Under the pieces are notes generated by a model. It did no database searches, was not told where the DNA came from, and saw nothing but the letters and a program-made list of their open reading frames with translations. Below, piece by piece: positions 13,601-26,983 of a stretch of 64,000 nucleotides of DNA (positions are counted from its first letter, which is position 1; the number at the start of each line of letters is the position of its first letter). The DNA lies in assembly GCA_977016875.1 (NCBI GenBank), contig CDRNST010000062.1:4154001-4218000 (forward strand), given 5' to 3'. Source of the stretch: Pavona decussata (taxonomy: Eukaryota). Both the position numbers and the translations under genes were made by a program.

Positions 13601-16600
13601 GTGGTAGTGACAAGTTTTTTTCTCTCTAATTGTCAAAAGTCTGTTTTACGGAAAATACAGACTTTTAACACCGCACAAGGCTTGGTCAACTGTCTACGAT
13701 TCTTCAAACAGGGGTCATTGATTCATTGGCAGCTACAGAACTCCTTTGAGCACATGCGGTATTGTTTTTGAACGTGCTTTAAGACTTTATATGGCTAATT
13801 AAGTATCTTCACAACACTTAATTGGCCATAGCACGTTCAAACACATTCCTAACGGCTGCCTGTAACCCAATACCGCTTGCACTCAAACGTTATCGTCCCA
13901 CTAGTAATAAATCATTACAAGCATTCCAGTGACGCTAGCTTGGTTTGCCTGTGATTCAGCTATGAACGAAGGACAGGTCTGCACGCAGACAGACAACCCG
14001 TATAGCTGGTATATGAAACCAGGCGTCACCGTCTTGCACTAAGTGCTTTAAAAGAACACTTGAAGATTTCAGGATCAAATACAATGTTCAAGCAAAGGAG
14101 CGCTTTTAGAATGCTCCTACCTTTTCCAGCCAAAACATTTGAATATTTTCATGTTATATCACTTGAGTTTGTTGTCATTGCTGTTCAATTTTATATAGCT
14201 ATATTATAGAAAATAAACTTGTTGCGTTTGGTTTGCGTGGTTTCTCATCTTCATATATTCATATGTTTGTACTTAGCTGATAGCGATAACTTGTTTATAG
14301 AATACACGACAGTGAAATAGAGAGGCCTCTTGGCAGCCTTGTATAGAACGGAGTCGGTAAAACAGTGAAATATCTGGCTTTTACAAAATTTATTAACAGC
14401 TGACACAAAACGCTGTGTAATACAAGGCTTGTTATTACATCTTGCAACTACAGAAAAGCTTCAGATTTCAATACAATCTCCCGATTAATTGGCCTTTCTC
14501 TTCAGACTCAGTCTTAGAGTCATTTTGTTTACACTGCGGGACATCATAAACAGTGGGCATAGCACTGGGTTCACCCTCCATTATTATTACAAATTTGGTG
14601 GCACTTGCCGGCTAATCTTTCTATGCATTTCTGGTCATTAACTTCATTTATACCCTTTACAAATACCATAACCATGTCTTGATGCCATCATGCTTGGGTC
14701 CGGTAAAAGAAACATATCAAAATACTCTGGTAAGAGTTAAGCCGGCGTCAGTCTCCACATTCATTTAAGTGTAAGCAGGTTTGGTGATTAAAGGCGTAAC
14801 TTTCGAATCGGTGTAATTTAGAAGGTTGCCCAACCGATGAGGGGATACATAGGGCCCGGCAGTTATGTAAACAAAGTTTAACTTAGGCCGTGGCTTAAAG
14901 ACGATCAGGGGTTCTGCAAATCTGTTCATAAGTGTTTTATTTTAAGAACGAACAACTAAAGATGCGATATTTAGTGGAAGAAAAACAAAGAGCAGTTGAT
15001 TGGACAAGTAGGGGACATCATAACATTCAACACAAAAACGATTTGGTAAACAAAGAGCTATCTGAATGGGTCGTATGAACTCTTTCAAAGAACTGATTAT
15101 GTATTGTATTCCTATTCGTCTCGCAATCGAGGTTCTGCGGTGATAACTTTGCGAACTTTGTTATTTAACTAGAAGTCAGGAATACAGAAAAAAATACTGG
15201 CTTTTGCGAAGTCTATTGGAAATCAATAAATATCATAATGGTCAAACTGCTCTTAAATTTATTTTGTACCAAGCCTGAAATGCCAAGAAATGCAATCAAT
15301 AGATAGATAATTGTAAAGCTTTGCAAAACAAAACCTTTAACAAGATTTACTCATGCTAATAAACGTCAATTTGGATATCCCTTTTGATTAAATGAAAGAA
15401 AAATAACTTTTACCCGAACATAGGTTTTTCAATTCAAAACTTTCACACAAGTTTTAGCCTTGATACACATGGCTAACTGCCAAAACAGAATTAAAACTTT
15501 CTCGTCATTTTGCTTCGAAACATCCGGCGCTAGCACCTATAGCCTATTTCAAGCGGAATTCAGTTCGCCCCATTTTTCCATCGCTATCCCCAAGGTACCC
15601 AATGGTCCATTTCCGTGGATATTAAGCGCCTAAGAAATTCAGATTTAGTTATGAAGAAAATCGAAAGTTTTTTGAGCAAGATCTCAGCTTAAAAATTTCG
15701 TTTAACTCTGGAAACTAATTCCTTTCCTTTACGAAGGAAAAGGAGCAAATATGTTGTTATAAAATTCGGAAAAGGTCAGCTAACACTCTCGGAAAGCTTA
15801 CAACAGCTTGTAAATTCGGACAAGATTCCGTTCCCAAAAACTTTCTGCAACCAGTAAACTTTCAGCTTAAGCATCGGAAAAGATTAAACTGTCAGCAGCT
15901 TATACACTGATATGTTTCAAAAAGGGTATAAAACGATCTGGAAACACATGAGATAACATTTTAATGATCTTCTTGGGTGCCCCTGTACAAGATACACACC
16001 CAAGGCATGCAGAAGCGGTTTTTTTCCATCTTCCAACATGCTCTCACAGGCATGCATAAACTGAGTCTACACACAGACAATTGAGTCAATTGATTCATGA
16101 CAAAGATTAATGGTGGACGACGGCATCTTTATTGAAATCAAAAGTATAACTTTTTCTACAGTAACTCTGAATTATTTTTGCCTCTTAGTTTGAGAATAAT
16201 TCATTTAAGCTACTACAGGGCGTGTTTAATTTTATCCACAGTCCTTAACCTAAACCGACTGCTAAACGCCAAGGTGCCTTTTACATAATGATTATTTGCC
16301 ATGGTCGTTGTTTAAGGCGTGACGATCTCTTCACAAGATCTTGAAATTTCTGAAGTACATCACGTTCTTGTAACCATTTGCAACCAAAACACCACCACGT
16401 CGTTTGATTGGATAACGCGGATTGAATGACGTCACCAAGTTGCCTTTCAAGTACACCCTCACTTCCCCTGCTGGGGTAGCAGTTGAGACTGTCACCTTTA
16501 CGTTGAACCATTCAGCTCCCCTTGGGGGACCGGTCGGGCAGGTAGCTGACTTAGCTCCGTCAAATTTGGGTTGGCCTTTGTAAACGTAACCCGTTTGAAA

Positions 16601-16880
16601 GCATCCGCTGGCCGAGTGAGGCCTGTGAAATAAAAATAGGAACAGCGATATCTGTTGAAATTTAAACTGACAGCTTACTGGTTAAGTGTACGAGTCTATC
16701 ATAAATTCATGAAGAGGTTGTTATGTTGGGGAATGATGACCTAAGGGTGACCATAAAACTTGGAGGCTATTAAGCAGTATCTTGTCCTGGTACAGAACGT
16801 TGAGACCTTACAAAAAGAGGTCATTGGTTCCGATCAGGTTGCGGGAACTCTTATTTTATTTTTCCGAGCTTCCAGAGCAA

Positions 16881-16911
<31 letters not shown>

Positions 16912-18169
16912 TAACTTTATTTTCAAACCTGAAATAGACGAAATCATAGTTGTCCTTGATCTTCCGCGTTAAAGAACACTCCCGGATGTCCCTAGTTGAC
17001 TCCATCGTGTCCAATGAAGTTAAACAAATCAACCGAGAGCACATAACTTGTGCTTGTGTCATCATTTAAGAACGCAACCTGACAGAAGGCATCCTGTGGC
17101 CATCTTTCATGGTCGGCATCCATTTTGACATAACCTGGGAGCTCAACCACCTACACAGAAAAACATGATAACTGATCGTTTGTCTCACGTTTCGACTGCT
17201 ATACTGCTGGTCGTCATTGCCTGATGAATTAAAAAGACCAGCAGTATAGCGGTCGAAACGTCGCGATCCACATCTATGTGCCTCAATCGAAAGACAAACT
17301 ATTAGCTCAGCTATCATTTCAAACCACTATGACGAACACTTTTCATAATATTAACCAGAAAAACATATATACAGGTCTGCAGGGATTCACTCTTTTTATG
17401 GCATTAAAATACATTTCAAAAGCAGGTAAAAAGTGAACGCAGTTTTCCTCCATGTTCCTTGTTTTATGAACAAGCGACACATTTGACCTTCTCTATCATT
17501 TCATGAGGTATAGTAACGTTAAACGCCTTGGTACTTTCAATTGGAATATTAGTGATTCGCCACAACCTCGCCAGAAGGGACACTTGAATACAATTGAAAG
17601 GCTTTACAGTATGGCGTCGCTGTTAAAAAAAAATAGCTCATATTTGGAAGCGGTAAATCGAATCATTATGATACACATTTCGAACAAGTCATGACATTAC
17701 CTGCCTACACCTCTTGCTGACGGAAATGTGAGGGGCAATTTGGAACTTCCTGAAGAGGATCACGTTTGGTAACCATGGAAAGTGAATACGCCTCCCCGAG
17801 CTCTCAGAACAAAATGGGACGTAATAGTCGCCACCAGGACTCCACTGTGATAAATCTGCGCGGTTTGACCGTGGACTGTAACTGAGACTGGGAACCAGAC
17901 ACCACCTTTCGGGGGACCATTGGGGCAGGCTTTACTCTCAACAAAGTGAAAACTTCCACCGGCCATGTATCCGGTCTGATAACAGCTGGGTGTACTGTGG
18001 GGCCTAAACAGTTTCAATAGACACACGAGTTAAAGTTAGCCACACTAAGCATGGAGCTACCGACCTGGCAATTTATGTGTTGAATATCAGAATGTCAGCT
18101 TGACGAGCAACTCAATCAATTACGTTTTATCTCGATCAGTCGTTTTTTCAAGTTCGGTAATGAAAATGG

Positions 18170-18600
18170 AGCCAATCAATCATTAATCGGTCAGTCTGTC
18201 TGTCAGCCAGTTGGTCATCAGTCATTCATTCGGTGATCGTTCAGTAAGTCAGTCAGTCGGTCAAGCTATCGTCACTCTGTCAGTCAGCCCTTCAATCAGG
18301 CTATCGTCAGTTCTGTCAGTCAGCTGGTCATCAGTTACTCCGTTTGGTCATTAATCAGTCAGCCAGGCGATCGTCAGTCAGTCAGCCGGTCAGTCAGGCG
18401 ATCATCAATCTGTCAGTCAGCCGGTCATCATTAAGTCAGTTTAATACTCAACTGCGGTCATCGTTCAATCACTCAACCGACGGTCTTCACTCAGTCATTC
18501 AGCTGGCCATCAGTCAGTCAGTCGTCAGCCAGTTAGGCATACTTCCGACAGTTAGACACCCGGTCATCTTATCAGCCACATATCTAGTCTGCCAGTGAAT
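18170..18600. repeat. Degenerate (TCAG)n low-complexity tract
   Basis: Repeated GTCAGTCA/TCAGCC motifs. Confidence 0.8.
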
Positions 18601-18870
18601 TAATCGACCTATCAATGGAGGGGGGGGGGGGGGGATGAGACATTTGAGTTGCACAATAAGTCTTGGGTAATGGGCTCCAGATCTTGGTCAAAATGGGCCA
18701 ACCTGGGTCCTGAAATATCAGTAAAAAGAGGATGAAATTCCCCGATCCTGGGACGGCTAGCACTCTGAACAGTGAGGTAATGTTAGTAATCCAAAAGCAA
18801 CAATAACCTTTAAAAAGAGATATCTCTTAATGACATGCCATTAACATTTTGACAACATTTGGTATTTTTT

Positions 18871-19037
18871 CAAATACTTGTGAATTGTTCGTGGCTAGTC
18901 TGACGCGGTGTTTCGTCTCGGCCAAGAGACGTGATGCTCAACGAGTTTGCCTACAAATTCTAAAGGTCTCTGAAGAGTCTCTTGGCCGGGACGAAACGCC
19001 ACTTCAGACTATCCACGAACAATTCACAAGTATTTGA
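18871..19037. repeat. Long inverted repeat in intron 2 of the pseudogene
   Basis: CAAATACTTGTGAATTGTTCGTGG.TAGTCTGA ... TCAGACTA.CCACGAACAATTCACAAGTATTTG. Confidence 0.8.
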
Positions 19038-20381
19038 CAATTTTTCAATTCTTTATTGTATAAATTTGGTATTTTAACGTTTTTGTAACCGAAATGAACT
19101 CATGCTACCTTCGGTCTGACATTCGTATAATAATCAATATCAGCAGAGTTAACATAACTGTCGATCCAGAAACAACTGAACAATTATCAGACGAGATCAT
19201 GGACTCTTTCTTATCTTCATTTGCTGTAGGAGTTCATGATTGGAATCCGTCTGCTAAGTGCGTTTATATCAAAAGTGGTATATTAGTCCTTTGGGCTATC
19301 AGAACACTGACCGAGTGAAAATGAAGGGTTTTTTTCTTATTATCCTTTCAAATTTGGCTCTCTTCAACGGCACTCGGACAATTATCTTTCTCCTCTCTCT
19401 TCCTTTATTGTATATTCTCTAAAGATGAGTGATCATCTTTCAAAGAGCCGTATTGATATACGAAATTCGGCCTCAGTCCTTCTCAGAAAAGAAAAACACA
19501 TTACCCTGGGCCCAGAGTTTCAGTCAAATTCCCAAGGATTAGAATGGCAAGGGAGTGTAAATGTCCCACGTATGCCCCAGCCACTCCTCCCCGCTTCCTC
19601 GGGCTTGACCTTAATAGTTGCATATTGGACATTGTATCAATAAATTAATCCATTCAGCTATTAATCAATCATATATTAAATCTAACTAATCAATTAATGA
19701 ATCAGTTTAGAAAGGACAAGGGGAAAATGGCAAATGTACCTGAAGTAAACAAAATCGAAGTTGTTTTCATCAACAGCGTTGAACAGTAATCCAAGATGTC
19801 CGATGTTTACTCCCTGCCATCCCGCTTGGTTTTGGAGCTCCGCTGACACAGTATACGCCTGCGATTCATCAATGGGCTGAGCAACCGTGCGACACATTAG
19901 TCGAGTGTTTGAGCCGAGTGCATCCATTTTGTAGTGGTTGTCTGTGATGGACTTTACCAGGCTCGTGCATTGTGCTACAGCAGTGACAGAGAACTTGCTG
20001 CCGTCTTTTAAAGAGAAATTAATGAGAAAAAATAAGATTTTTATATAACACTTTCTGAGTATGAATAGAGGATAATGGAGGATTCGAAGTAAACGTTAGC
20101 GATGTGGCAAAAGGTTAGAAGTTAACGGTTAATTAGAATAACGGCTACAAAGTAAGATCAGCGCTACAGGTTCGGTAATGTTAAAGTTAAATAAACGTTT
20201 TCGTTTACGTATACACACATCAGCGATCACCGAGGTCCCTAAAACTGATTCAACATCGAGCGTGTGTAGACATTTTCCTTTTCTTAGAACGCACATATGA
20301 AACAAACTAGTAAATACCTAAGAAAAGAGTTTCCTCTTTCTGGTTATTATGCTATCGTTCTTTGTATTCAAACTATTCAAA

Positions 20382-20532
20382 NNNNNNNNNNNNNNNNNNN
20401 NNNNNNNNNNNNNNNNNNNNNNNNNNNNNNNNNNNNNNNNNNNNNNNNNNNNNNNNNNNNNNNNNNNNNNNNNNNNNNNNNNNNNNNNNNNNNNNNNNNN
20501 NNNNNNNNNNNNNNNNNNNNNNNNNNNNNNNN
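20382..20532. other. Assembly gap (151 N)
   Basis: Run of N within intron 1 of the pseudogene. Confidence 0.99.
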
Positions 20533-22617
20533 ACTTAGACAGGGAAAATTTCGTTGGGGGTCAACATGTTATACCAAACTTGGGCACAGTCCTGTTTATG
20601 ATTGTTGCTTGGATATGCATGAAGATTTGAAATCGTTTAATATTTTTTCTCGGGGATGGGGGGGGGGGGGGACATTCCATCCATTCAGCGCCTTCTCACC
20701 CTTTCCTACCACCCCTATTGGTCTGATTAGGGTTAAAGAGCTCACCGGGCGTTAAATGTCGCGTAAAGTATGTGACTGTTAAAATTCCTGGGATCTACTA
20801 AGAAGCCATGACACTTCTTTCATGATTATTATCCGTGAAATCAAACTTACTTTTTTTAATTTGTCATGAAGTGTGAGTTCTGTAGAACTAACACTTGAGT
20901 TTGAATTACGGCACATCATGTTGGCCAAGCCAACAGGTGCTTGACAATTAGAAAGAAAAACGTTGTCACTACCGCTCCCTGTGTTTCCAAAATGATTTTA
21001 AGGAATCAGCAAAAAACAAAGTCGATCAACAACAAAAATTAAGACAAACTATTGACTTTGTCAGCTTGGGTAATTTTGTCTTCAAATTATCCTGCAATCA
21101 GGCTGACCGAGAAAGTTAAATATGTTTTTTATGGTAGTTATCTGAGATTTTTATAGTTTCAGCTTCCCTGGCGTCTCTGTAAATCTCTAAAGAAGAATGA
21201 TGTCTAATTAGGAATTCAGTGATCTTCCGCGCAGAGCTTTATATGACGACTTTATTTGTGATATTGGGCAAGAGAGTGTTGAGTGCGAGAAGAAGTCTTA
21301 GGTTTCTCATTTGAACTTTGAATCTTCAGAACAATCGATCACCATCGTGTGAGAAACCCGAGATATGCAGAAAAATCACGATACCACGAGCCTTTTAGCC
21401 AAATGTTGGCGTACGCAGTAAAAATACTCATTTTCATACTTGGCGTAGATCCTTTAAAAGAGGTGTGTTCTTTAGCTCTCCTTCTCTTTCAAAAAACTCA
21501 GAACGATCAAGGAATCAATCCGCCTCCATCCCCATCTTCTGCCTGTGCAGAAGACTAATATCTGTGAATAAATCCTTCTTGAACGCGAAACTGATACTTC
21601 CGGTGGGATGATCGCCGTCTGCATCACCTGATACATCTGATCACCCTTGCTCTCTTAACTTAATCTGTGCCGCACATTTGTTTTTGCCATATAGTCTATT
21701 TAGTATTCCTTTGCGAACAAAGAAAAGTTAAATTTGAACTTAAATTTTGTTAGCTCAGGAAAGGTGTTGAGAACAATTAATCTTTTATCGTCCTCTTAAG
21801 TTCTTAAAGTGATTCAGTGTCTTTGAATAGTTCTACAGAAGTCTTCTGCGCACAACAAATTGTTCAATTTTACCAATCTCGCGAAAGACACGATTAACAC
21901 CGACAGTAGTTTTCGGCTTTGAGAATCAAGCCTTACTGAAGATTCGACATTACGCACGTTACCTTCAGTGCAGCGACCACCACCAAGAATTGCACTGTGT
22001 GCTTTCACTTTCTTCTCCAACCGAGCCTGTCTTTGTCGGATGTTATCCAGCACTCCACAAACGCTCCTAAGCGTACACTGTTGCTGGCTTGACACATTAC
22101 CTATGACTCCGTGAACAATCACCACCAAAAAGGTGCACACGACAAAGTAGACGAAGTGTTGCATGTTCTCCGCGCACAAGATCTGTTTCCGAGCAAATGA
22201 CCAGTTTAGTGATCCGACACGCCTTTTAATCCCCAGATGACAGTGATATCAGACTCCTTTTTTTCTATGCTCCAATCAGATACCAGCTCAGGTTCTGATA
22301 TGATGAAAGGCGCTGAGACGTCTCCTTTCTTGGAAGCGATTTGTTCCTGTTCGACCTAAAGTGCGTTTGTTACAACATCCGTTTTGTTTTGTTTTTGTAG
22401 ATTTCGTACCAGAAGGTTTTGACATTTTTTTCCGGCTTGAAAATATCAGTTTAATGTTACAAATCCACTAATGCAATAACGCTTAATGAAGAGCAATGAT
22501 CTTTTCTTTTTCTCCAACAACGATTTAGACCAAATGATGTTGATCATGGTTACGAGTTCAGCTTACTTTCTCAGTGTAAAGTAAGTGATGACGAGTTAAC
22601 CAAGCCAAAGACGTCGT

Positions 22618-22618
<1 letters not shown>

Positions 22619-22678
<60 letters not shown>

Positions 22679-22835
22679 TAACAATAACAATAACAATAAC
22701 AATAATAATAATAAATGGAATGATAACTTTATTATTTACAAGGATAAAATCTACTAGATACAGTTCAGGGGGATTCTATTAAAACCTGAGTGATGTTACA
22801 GTTTGCTGTCATAAATTTGTAAAATATCAACATCT

Positions 22836-22907
<72 letters not shown>

Positions 22908-22912
22908 TAATA
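22619..22912. repeat. Pair of (AAT)n/(AACAAT)n microsatellites; other (AAT/ATT)n at 25132, 45380, 45585, 51198
   Basis: Directly visible in the sequence. Confidence 0.95.
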
Positions 22913-24354
22913 ATTGCGTCGACGAAGGAGACGCTTCCTAATCGAGTCGTCCCAATACTGTCCATCATGCCCAGCGCTCGTATTCCTTAGCGCAAAAAAT
23001 CGAGAAAATATGTCGGTGCAAAATCGCACCGTCAGAATAGCATAATGAATATGACAGTCCATCATGCCCAGCGCGTTTCGTACCCAGTGCCTACCGCTGT
23101 AAATGTTCCTGAGCGCGAGTAATGGAGAAAAGAAGTTGTATATCGAATAGGATTGATATAAAAATAGATATAATAATGTTTTGAAAAAAAAAAACACACA
23201 TACACACACACACGCGCGCGCGCGCGCGTTTCGGGTATATAACCCTTTCTCAGTGTGGAGAAAACCGCTTTTCGTACTTAGAACCTACCTCTGTGCACTT
23301 GCATGTTATTAAGCGCGAGAAATCGAGAAAAGAGGTTGTGTATCAGATTTGATTGTTATAAAAATAAATATCAAAATATTAAAAAACATAGACGTTTTTT
23401 CAGTGTGGTCATGTCATGCATCTCCGAGGAACTTTTCTTTCACCGTTCATTATAAAAACGTCACAATAGCATCTTGACGTCCCGCGCGCGTTTCGTACCG
23501 TTCCTCGTGGTTTCGCTGCGAAAAGTACAAAACGAAAAGTACAAGACAAGGTAAGATCCTTTTCTTTCAGAAATATCCGCCGCATCCTTGGTAGGATGCC
23601 CTATAACCACCTGGGCCTGGTAGCATAAAATGTTTCTAACGGCTGATGACAATTGTTCCCAGACAATAACCTAATGTTTTGCAACTATACTTACAGGTTC
23701 CTGTAATCTTATCATGATTAATGCAACCCAGTAGTGAGCCTAAGGGCCCAAGTCGACGCACTATAATCTTCGATTACTACTAGTAATAATAATAAATGAT
23801 GGGATAGCGCAGCAAATATCTGCATATGCAAACTATCAGTCATCTGGTCGAGCCCGTTATCCGACACTACATGTAATCGCATTGAAGCGTCCAACCAGTT
23901 TGCGCTCCTAATCCCAATCTATCTTAGGTGGAGGCAACATTGCGCATAGACAGGAAGGCACGTAATACTGTCGTGGAGAATGGAGGCAACAACAACAACA
24001 ACAGCAAATTTTATTGTTATACCACACTAGAATACAGAAGAAATAAATGTAAACACTGGTTATGCAAGGTATAATGCTACCCAGAAAATAACTAACAAGG
24101 TAATCTGGCTAGGAGGGATTAAAATAACTATGGACTTAATTAGTAAATAAATGTATAAATGTCAAAAGTAGTCGTAACAGGGAGGCACAAGTATAAAAAT
24201 AAAAATAAAGCACACGCAAATGACTTTCTAAATTAATTGGTAAGGAAAGAATGAGAAAATGTTGAAAGAGTTAATATGAAGTAGTAAGAGCCTTTTTTGA
24301 GGAATTATAGGGAGTAAGGCTCTTTAAGGAGTCTTCAATATTGCAAGCACTCCA

Positions 24355-24845
24355 GTAACTCGACAGCTATCCTGCTGTACCTTTCAAGGAAGGACGAAAG
24401 GCGTGGAATGAAATCTGTTGAGCAAGAATACAAGTTAACTAAAATTAAAGCAGTCGTCAAAATGTATCAAAATCCAGATCCTACTATGAAGTTGGTGCTT
24501 GATTTTGAGGAGAGAGCAGCTTCCCAGGGAAACCAGTCTATGATTTTAGGAGCTTAGAAAATGGCGGGAGAACTTGTGATAGAGATTCAGTCAGCCTCTC
24601 ATCCGCGACACGGATGGACATGTGCTTCCTCCAGACAAGTTCAAAGGCCAACTAAAGAAGTCTACGAAAGAGGAATTATGTGAGACTATCAGGGTACAGG
24701 AGTGACAGGGCAAATTATTAAGCGTCTTATGTGGGATGACGAGGAGATTCGTACAAAGGAGTGTTTTAAGTGACTCACGAACTGGGCGGAGTGTACCACC
24801 CATACAATTGATGGAATTTTTGAGCTGATTGAGCAATTACTACAG
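24355..24845 (+). mobile_element. Decayed non-LTR retrotransposon fragment (post-RT region, R4/Dong-like); paralogous copy ~46205-46700
   Basis: LYLSRKD..RGMKSVEQEYKLTKIKAVVKMYQNPDP resembles the RLY..R..GGRGL motif; downstream W.GK..DEE..CF.W..CPTHTIAG with stops and frameshifts. Confidence 0.6.
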
Positions 24846-25131
24846 GGTAGAAATATGGTCGTTCGCTTGTTTCCTAGTAAAAGCGCTAGGCAAGGTAATT
24901 TTCTAAATTGTCCACGATTGTATGTTCACTAAGGAGACTGTTTTGTATGAAATCAAACCCTTTTCCTGGATGTTATGTTACCCACAGTTTTTTGTTAAAG
25001 TGACTGGAAAATAACATGGAAAAAATGTTCGACTCTTGTGGGAAAGAACTCGGATTAAGTTGTTGAATTTTTTTTTCCAATATGCCTGTGTCAGTTACTT
25101 TCACATTGAGTCACCAGGCTTAAAACACACC

Positions 25132-25186
<55 letters not shown>

Positions 25187-25610
25187 CTTTATTAACGTGT
25201 CAAGCAACAATGTAGTAGAGGGGATTCCCATTGCTAGTAAGGGACACCTAACTATCTAAAGTACAAAACGAATTAATGATAACTCACTTACATACCAACT
25301 ACTAAAACTCTATTCATAATTATCAAAATTCTAAAATCTTGTAATTAAAACCGTAATTACGAATTGCAAAGGTAGCAGCTACTACATCTATCTAGGATGT
25401 TATTTAGATCAAGACTGCGTATCCGGGTCTTAAACTGCTTAAGACTGGCAGCCGATCTTTGTTTGGTATCTTGCTCCAGAGTCTTGGACCTGTGTTAAAC
25501 CTAGGTTGATAAAAATCTTTCTGCCTTGAGTTGTAAGTGTGGCTGTTAGTCAGTAACATGTCACAAATAGTCCGCGGACACAAATTATGTTTAATCTTAT
25601 ACATTATAAT
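25132..25610 (-). mobile_element. 5'-truncated CR1/L2-like LINE 3' fragment with (TTA)n tail
   Basis: MYKIKHNLCP...HTYNSR...PRFNT..GPRLWSKIP followed on the minus strand by AATAAA and (TTA)n. Absent at paralogous ~46991. Confidence 0.72.
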
Positions 25611-26392
25611 ACATCACATTTCTTAGTGCACATACTCGGCAACACATCGACACCCAAGCCTTAGCAGTATGCAGGATGTTTATTTCATGCACGAATCTAG
25701 TTTAATCCGGAAAAGGAATCAAAGGTCATACGTTCGACGCCTGTTGGGAGAACTCGGAATTTGTTTTGTGGATTATACTTGTGTCACCAACTGAAATTTG
25801 TCTTTTACAAAAAAGAAATGTTTGAACTAAACTTTGGTCTTTGTAGCGCGCGCGATTTCTCAATAGATACTTATGTAGAAGGCCCATGATGAAAAGCACT
25901 TTGTAAACTAGCTTGTTCAGACTGCATTGGGAAAAGAATACTCTATTTTTTTAACGTTTTCGCAACCTTATGGACTTCACTTCTGGGTCATCCCATAAGC
26001 TTCCAAAAATGAAAAAGAATTTCACCTCGCTAATTCAATAACTCACCATTAACCAACTCACCAATAAAATAACAATCTATTTTTTTTAACGTTTTCGCAA
26101 GCTTATGGACTTCACTTCTGGCTCAGCCATTAGCTTCCAAAAATAAAAAAGAACTTCACCTCGCGCTATTAAATTCAATAACAAACATACATGTATTATT
26201 GGCGGCCGCGTATCACACAAATAATGATAAGAAGATTGAGTGTTTAACTCAGTTTTATTACAGCAGTTAACTGTCATATAGTTGACATCAAAGCAAATAC
26301 GATATATAAATGATGTATAACTGTTTCTCCTTACCGGTTAACTGAGTACTTTACAGGTGTGTTCTATTGTCATAAATATCTTAAAACCACTG

Positions 26393-26621
26393 ACAGTTTT
26401 CAATTGAGTGTCCTAAAGCCAAAACCAAAGTAATCACTCTGGCCAATCACAACAGACCAAACAGTGTAATGAACCAATCAGAACTCGAAGCAAAAACATG
26501 TAACCGGTGCCAAGCGCGGGAAAACGCGCGCAAAAAAGTGGCGCGGGTTTTTTCGACCAATCACAGAGCGTAGTAAAGCAAACACGAAATTACTTTCGAC
26601 ACTCAAATGAAAACCACTCTA
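26393..26621. mobile_element. CCAATCA-rich MITE family (other copies ~33797-34020, 36005-36248, 37457-37700, 47548-47774, 54110-54245)
   Basis: Inverted ends CAGTTTTCAATTGAGTGTC ... GACACTCAAATGAAAACCACTCT; shared core AACCAATCAGAA..GCGCGGGAAAAC..CCAATCA..GCGTAGTAAAGCAAA. Confidence 0.7.
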
Positions 26622-26983
26622 TGATGTAACACATATGGTGTGTCTAGAAGGAAGTTTTACAAAAGGCTTGTATTACTACCACCATATTCTCATCACCTGT
26701 CTGCTTGAAGATATATTGATAATGAAAGAAGAAATTACACACTGGATTTTAGCATAAATCTATGAGCTCCTGTAAATGATGACCTTCCTTCTTCTCCTAC
26801 ATACCGACAATGAATTTGCTTAGTAAGGAGAAATTATATGTAGATTGCTTACAGGAGCTCCTTCTATAGCTAGACAAAATCCCTTGGCTGATTATTTTCT
26901 TTATTCTTATTACCTATATGCTTAACAGCCTATTTACACTGTAAAGAGAATTTACATTTTAGTCACTCTACAAAATGAGAGCT

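Larger units (their letters stand above)
16331..22164 (-). pseudogene. Five-exon pseudogene of a secreted protein: signal peptide, short coiled coil and two tandem beta-rich (ConA-like/DUF1080-like) repeats
   Basis: Exons 22164-21963 (MQHFVYFVVCTFLVVIVHG...), 20004-19740, 18003-17701, 17150-16929 and 16622-16331, all GT-AG. Internal repeat: GHLGLLFNAVDENNFDFVYF|RPHS..CYQTGY..CPNGPPKG..WF.V.VTV..RGGV versus GHPGVFFNAEDQ.DNYDFVYF|RPHS..CFQTGY..CPTGPPRG..WF.V.VTV..RGGV. Lesions: 1-nt deletion near 17765, in-frame TAG at 16994-16992, 1-nt insertion near 16955. The fold assignment is from motif resemblance only. Confidence 0.8.

Noticed and set aside
13700-16150. Decayed coding sequence on the minus strand
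   Set aside because: Short protein-like stretches, but many stops and no recognisable motif; not supportable without a search.
20297-20755. ORFs spanning the N run
   Set aside because: Artefacts of the assembly gap.
22765-23209. Poly-Ile/poly-Tyr ORFs (also 9098, 45574, 51048, 51145)
   Set aside because: Translations of (AAT)n microsatellites. Only the SWIM part of the 9098 ORF is real.
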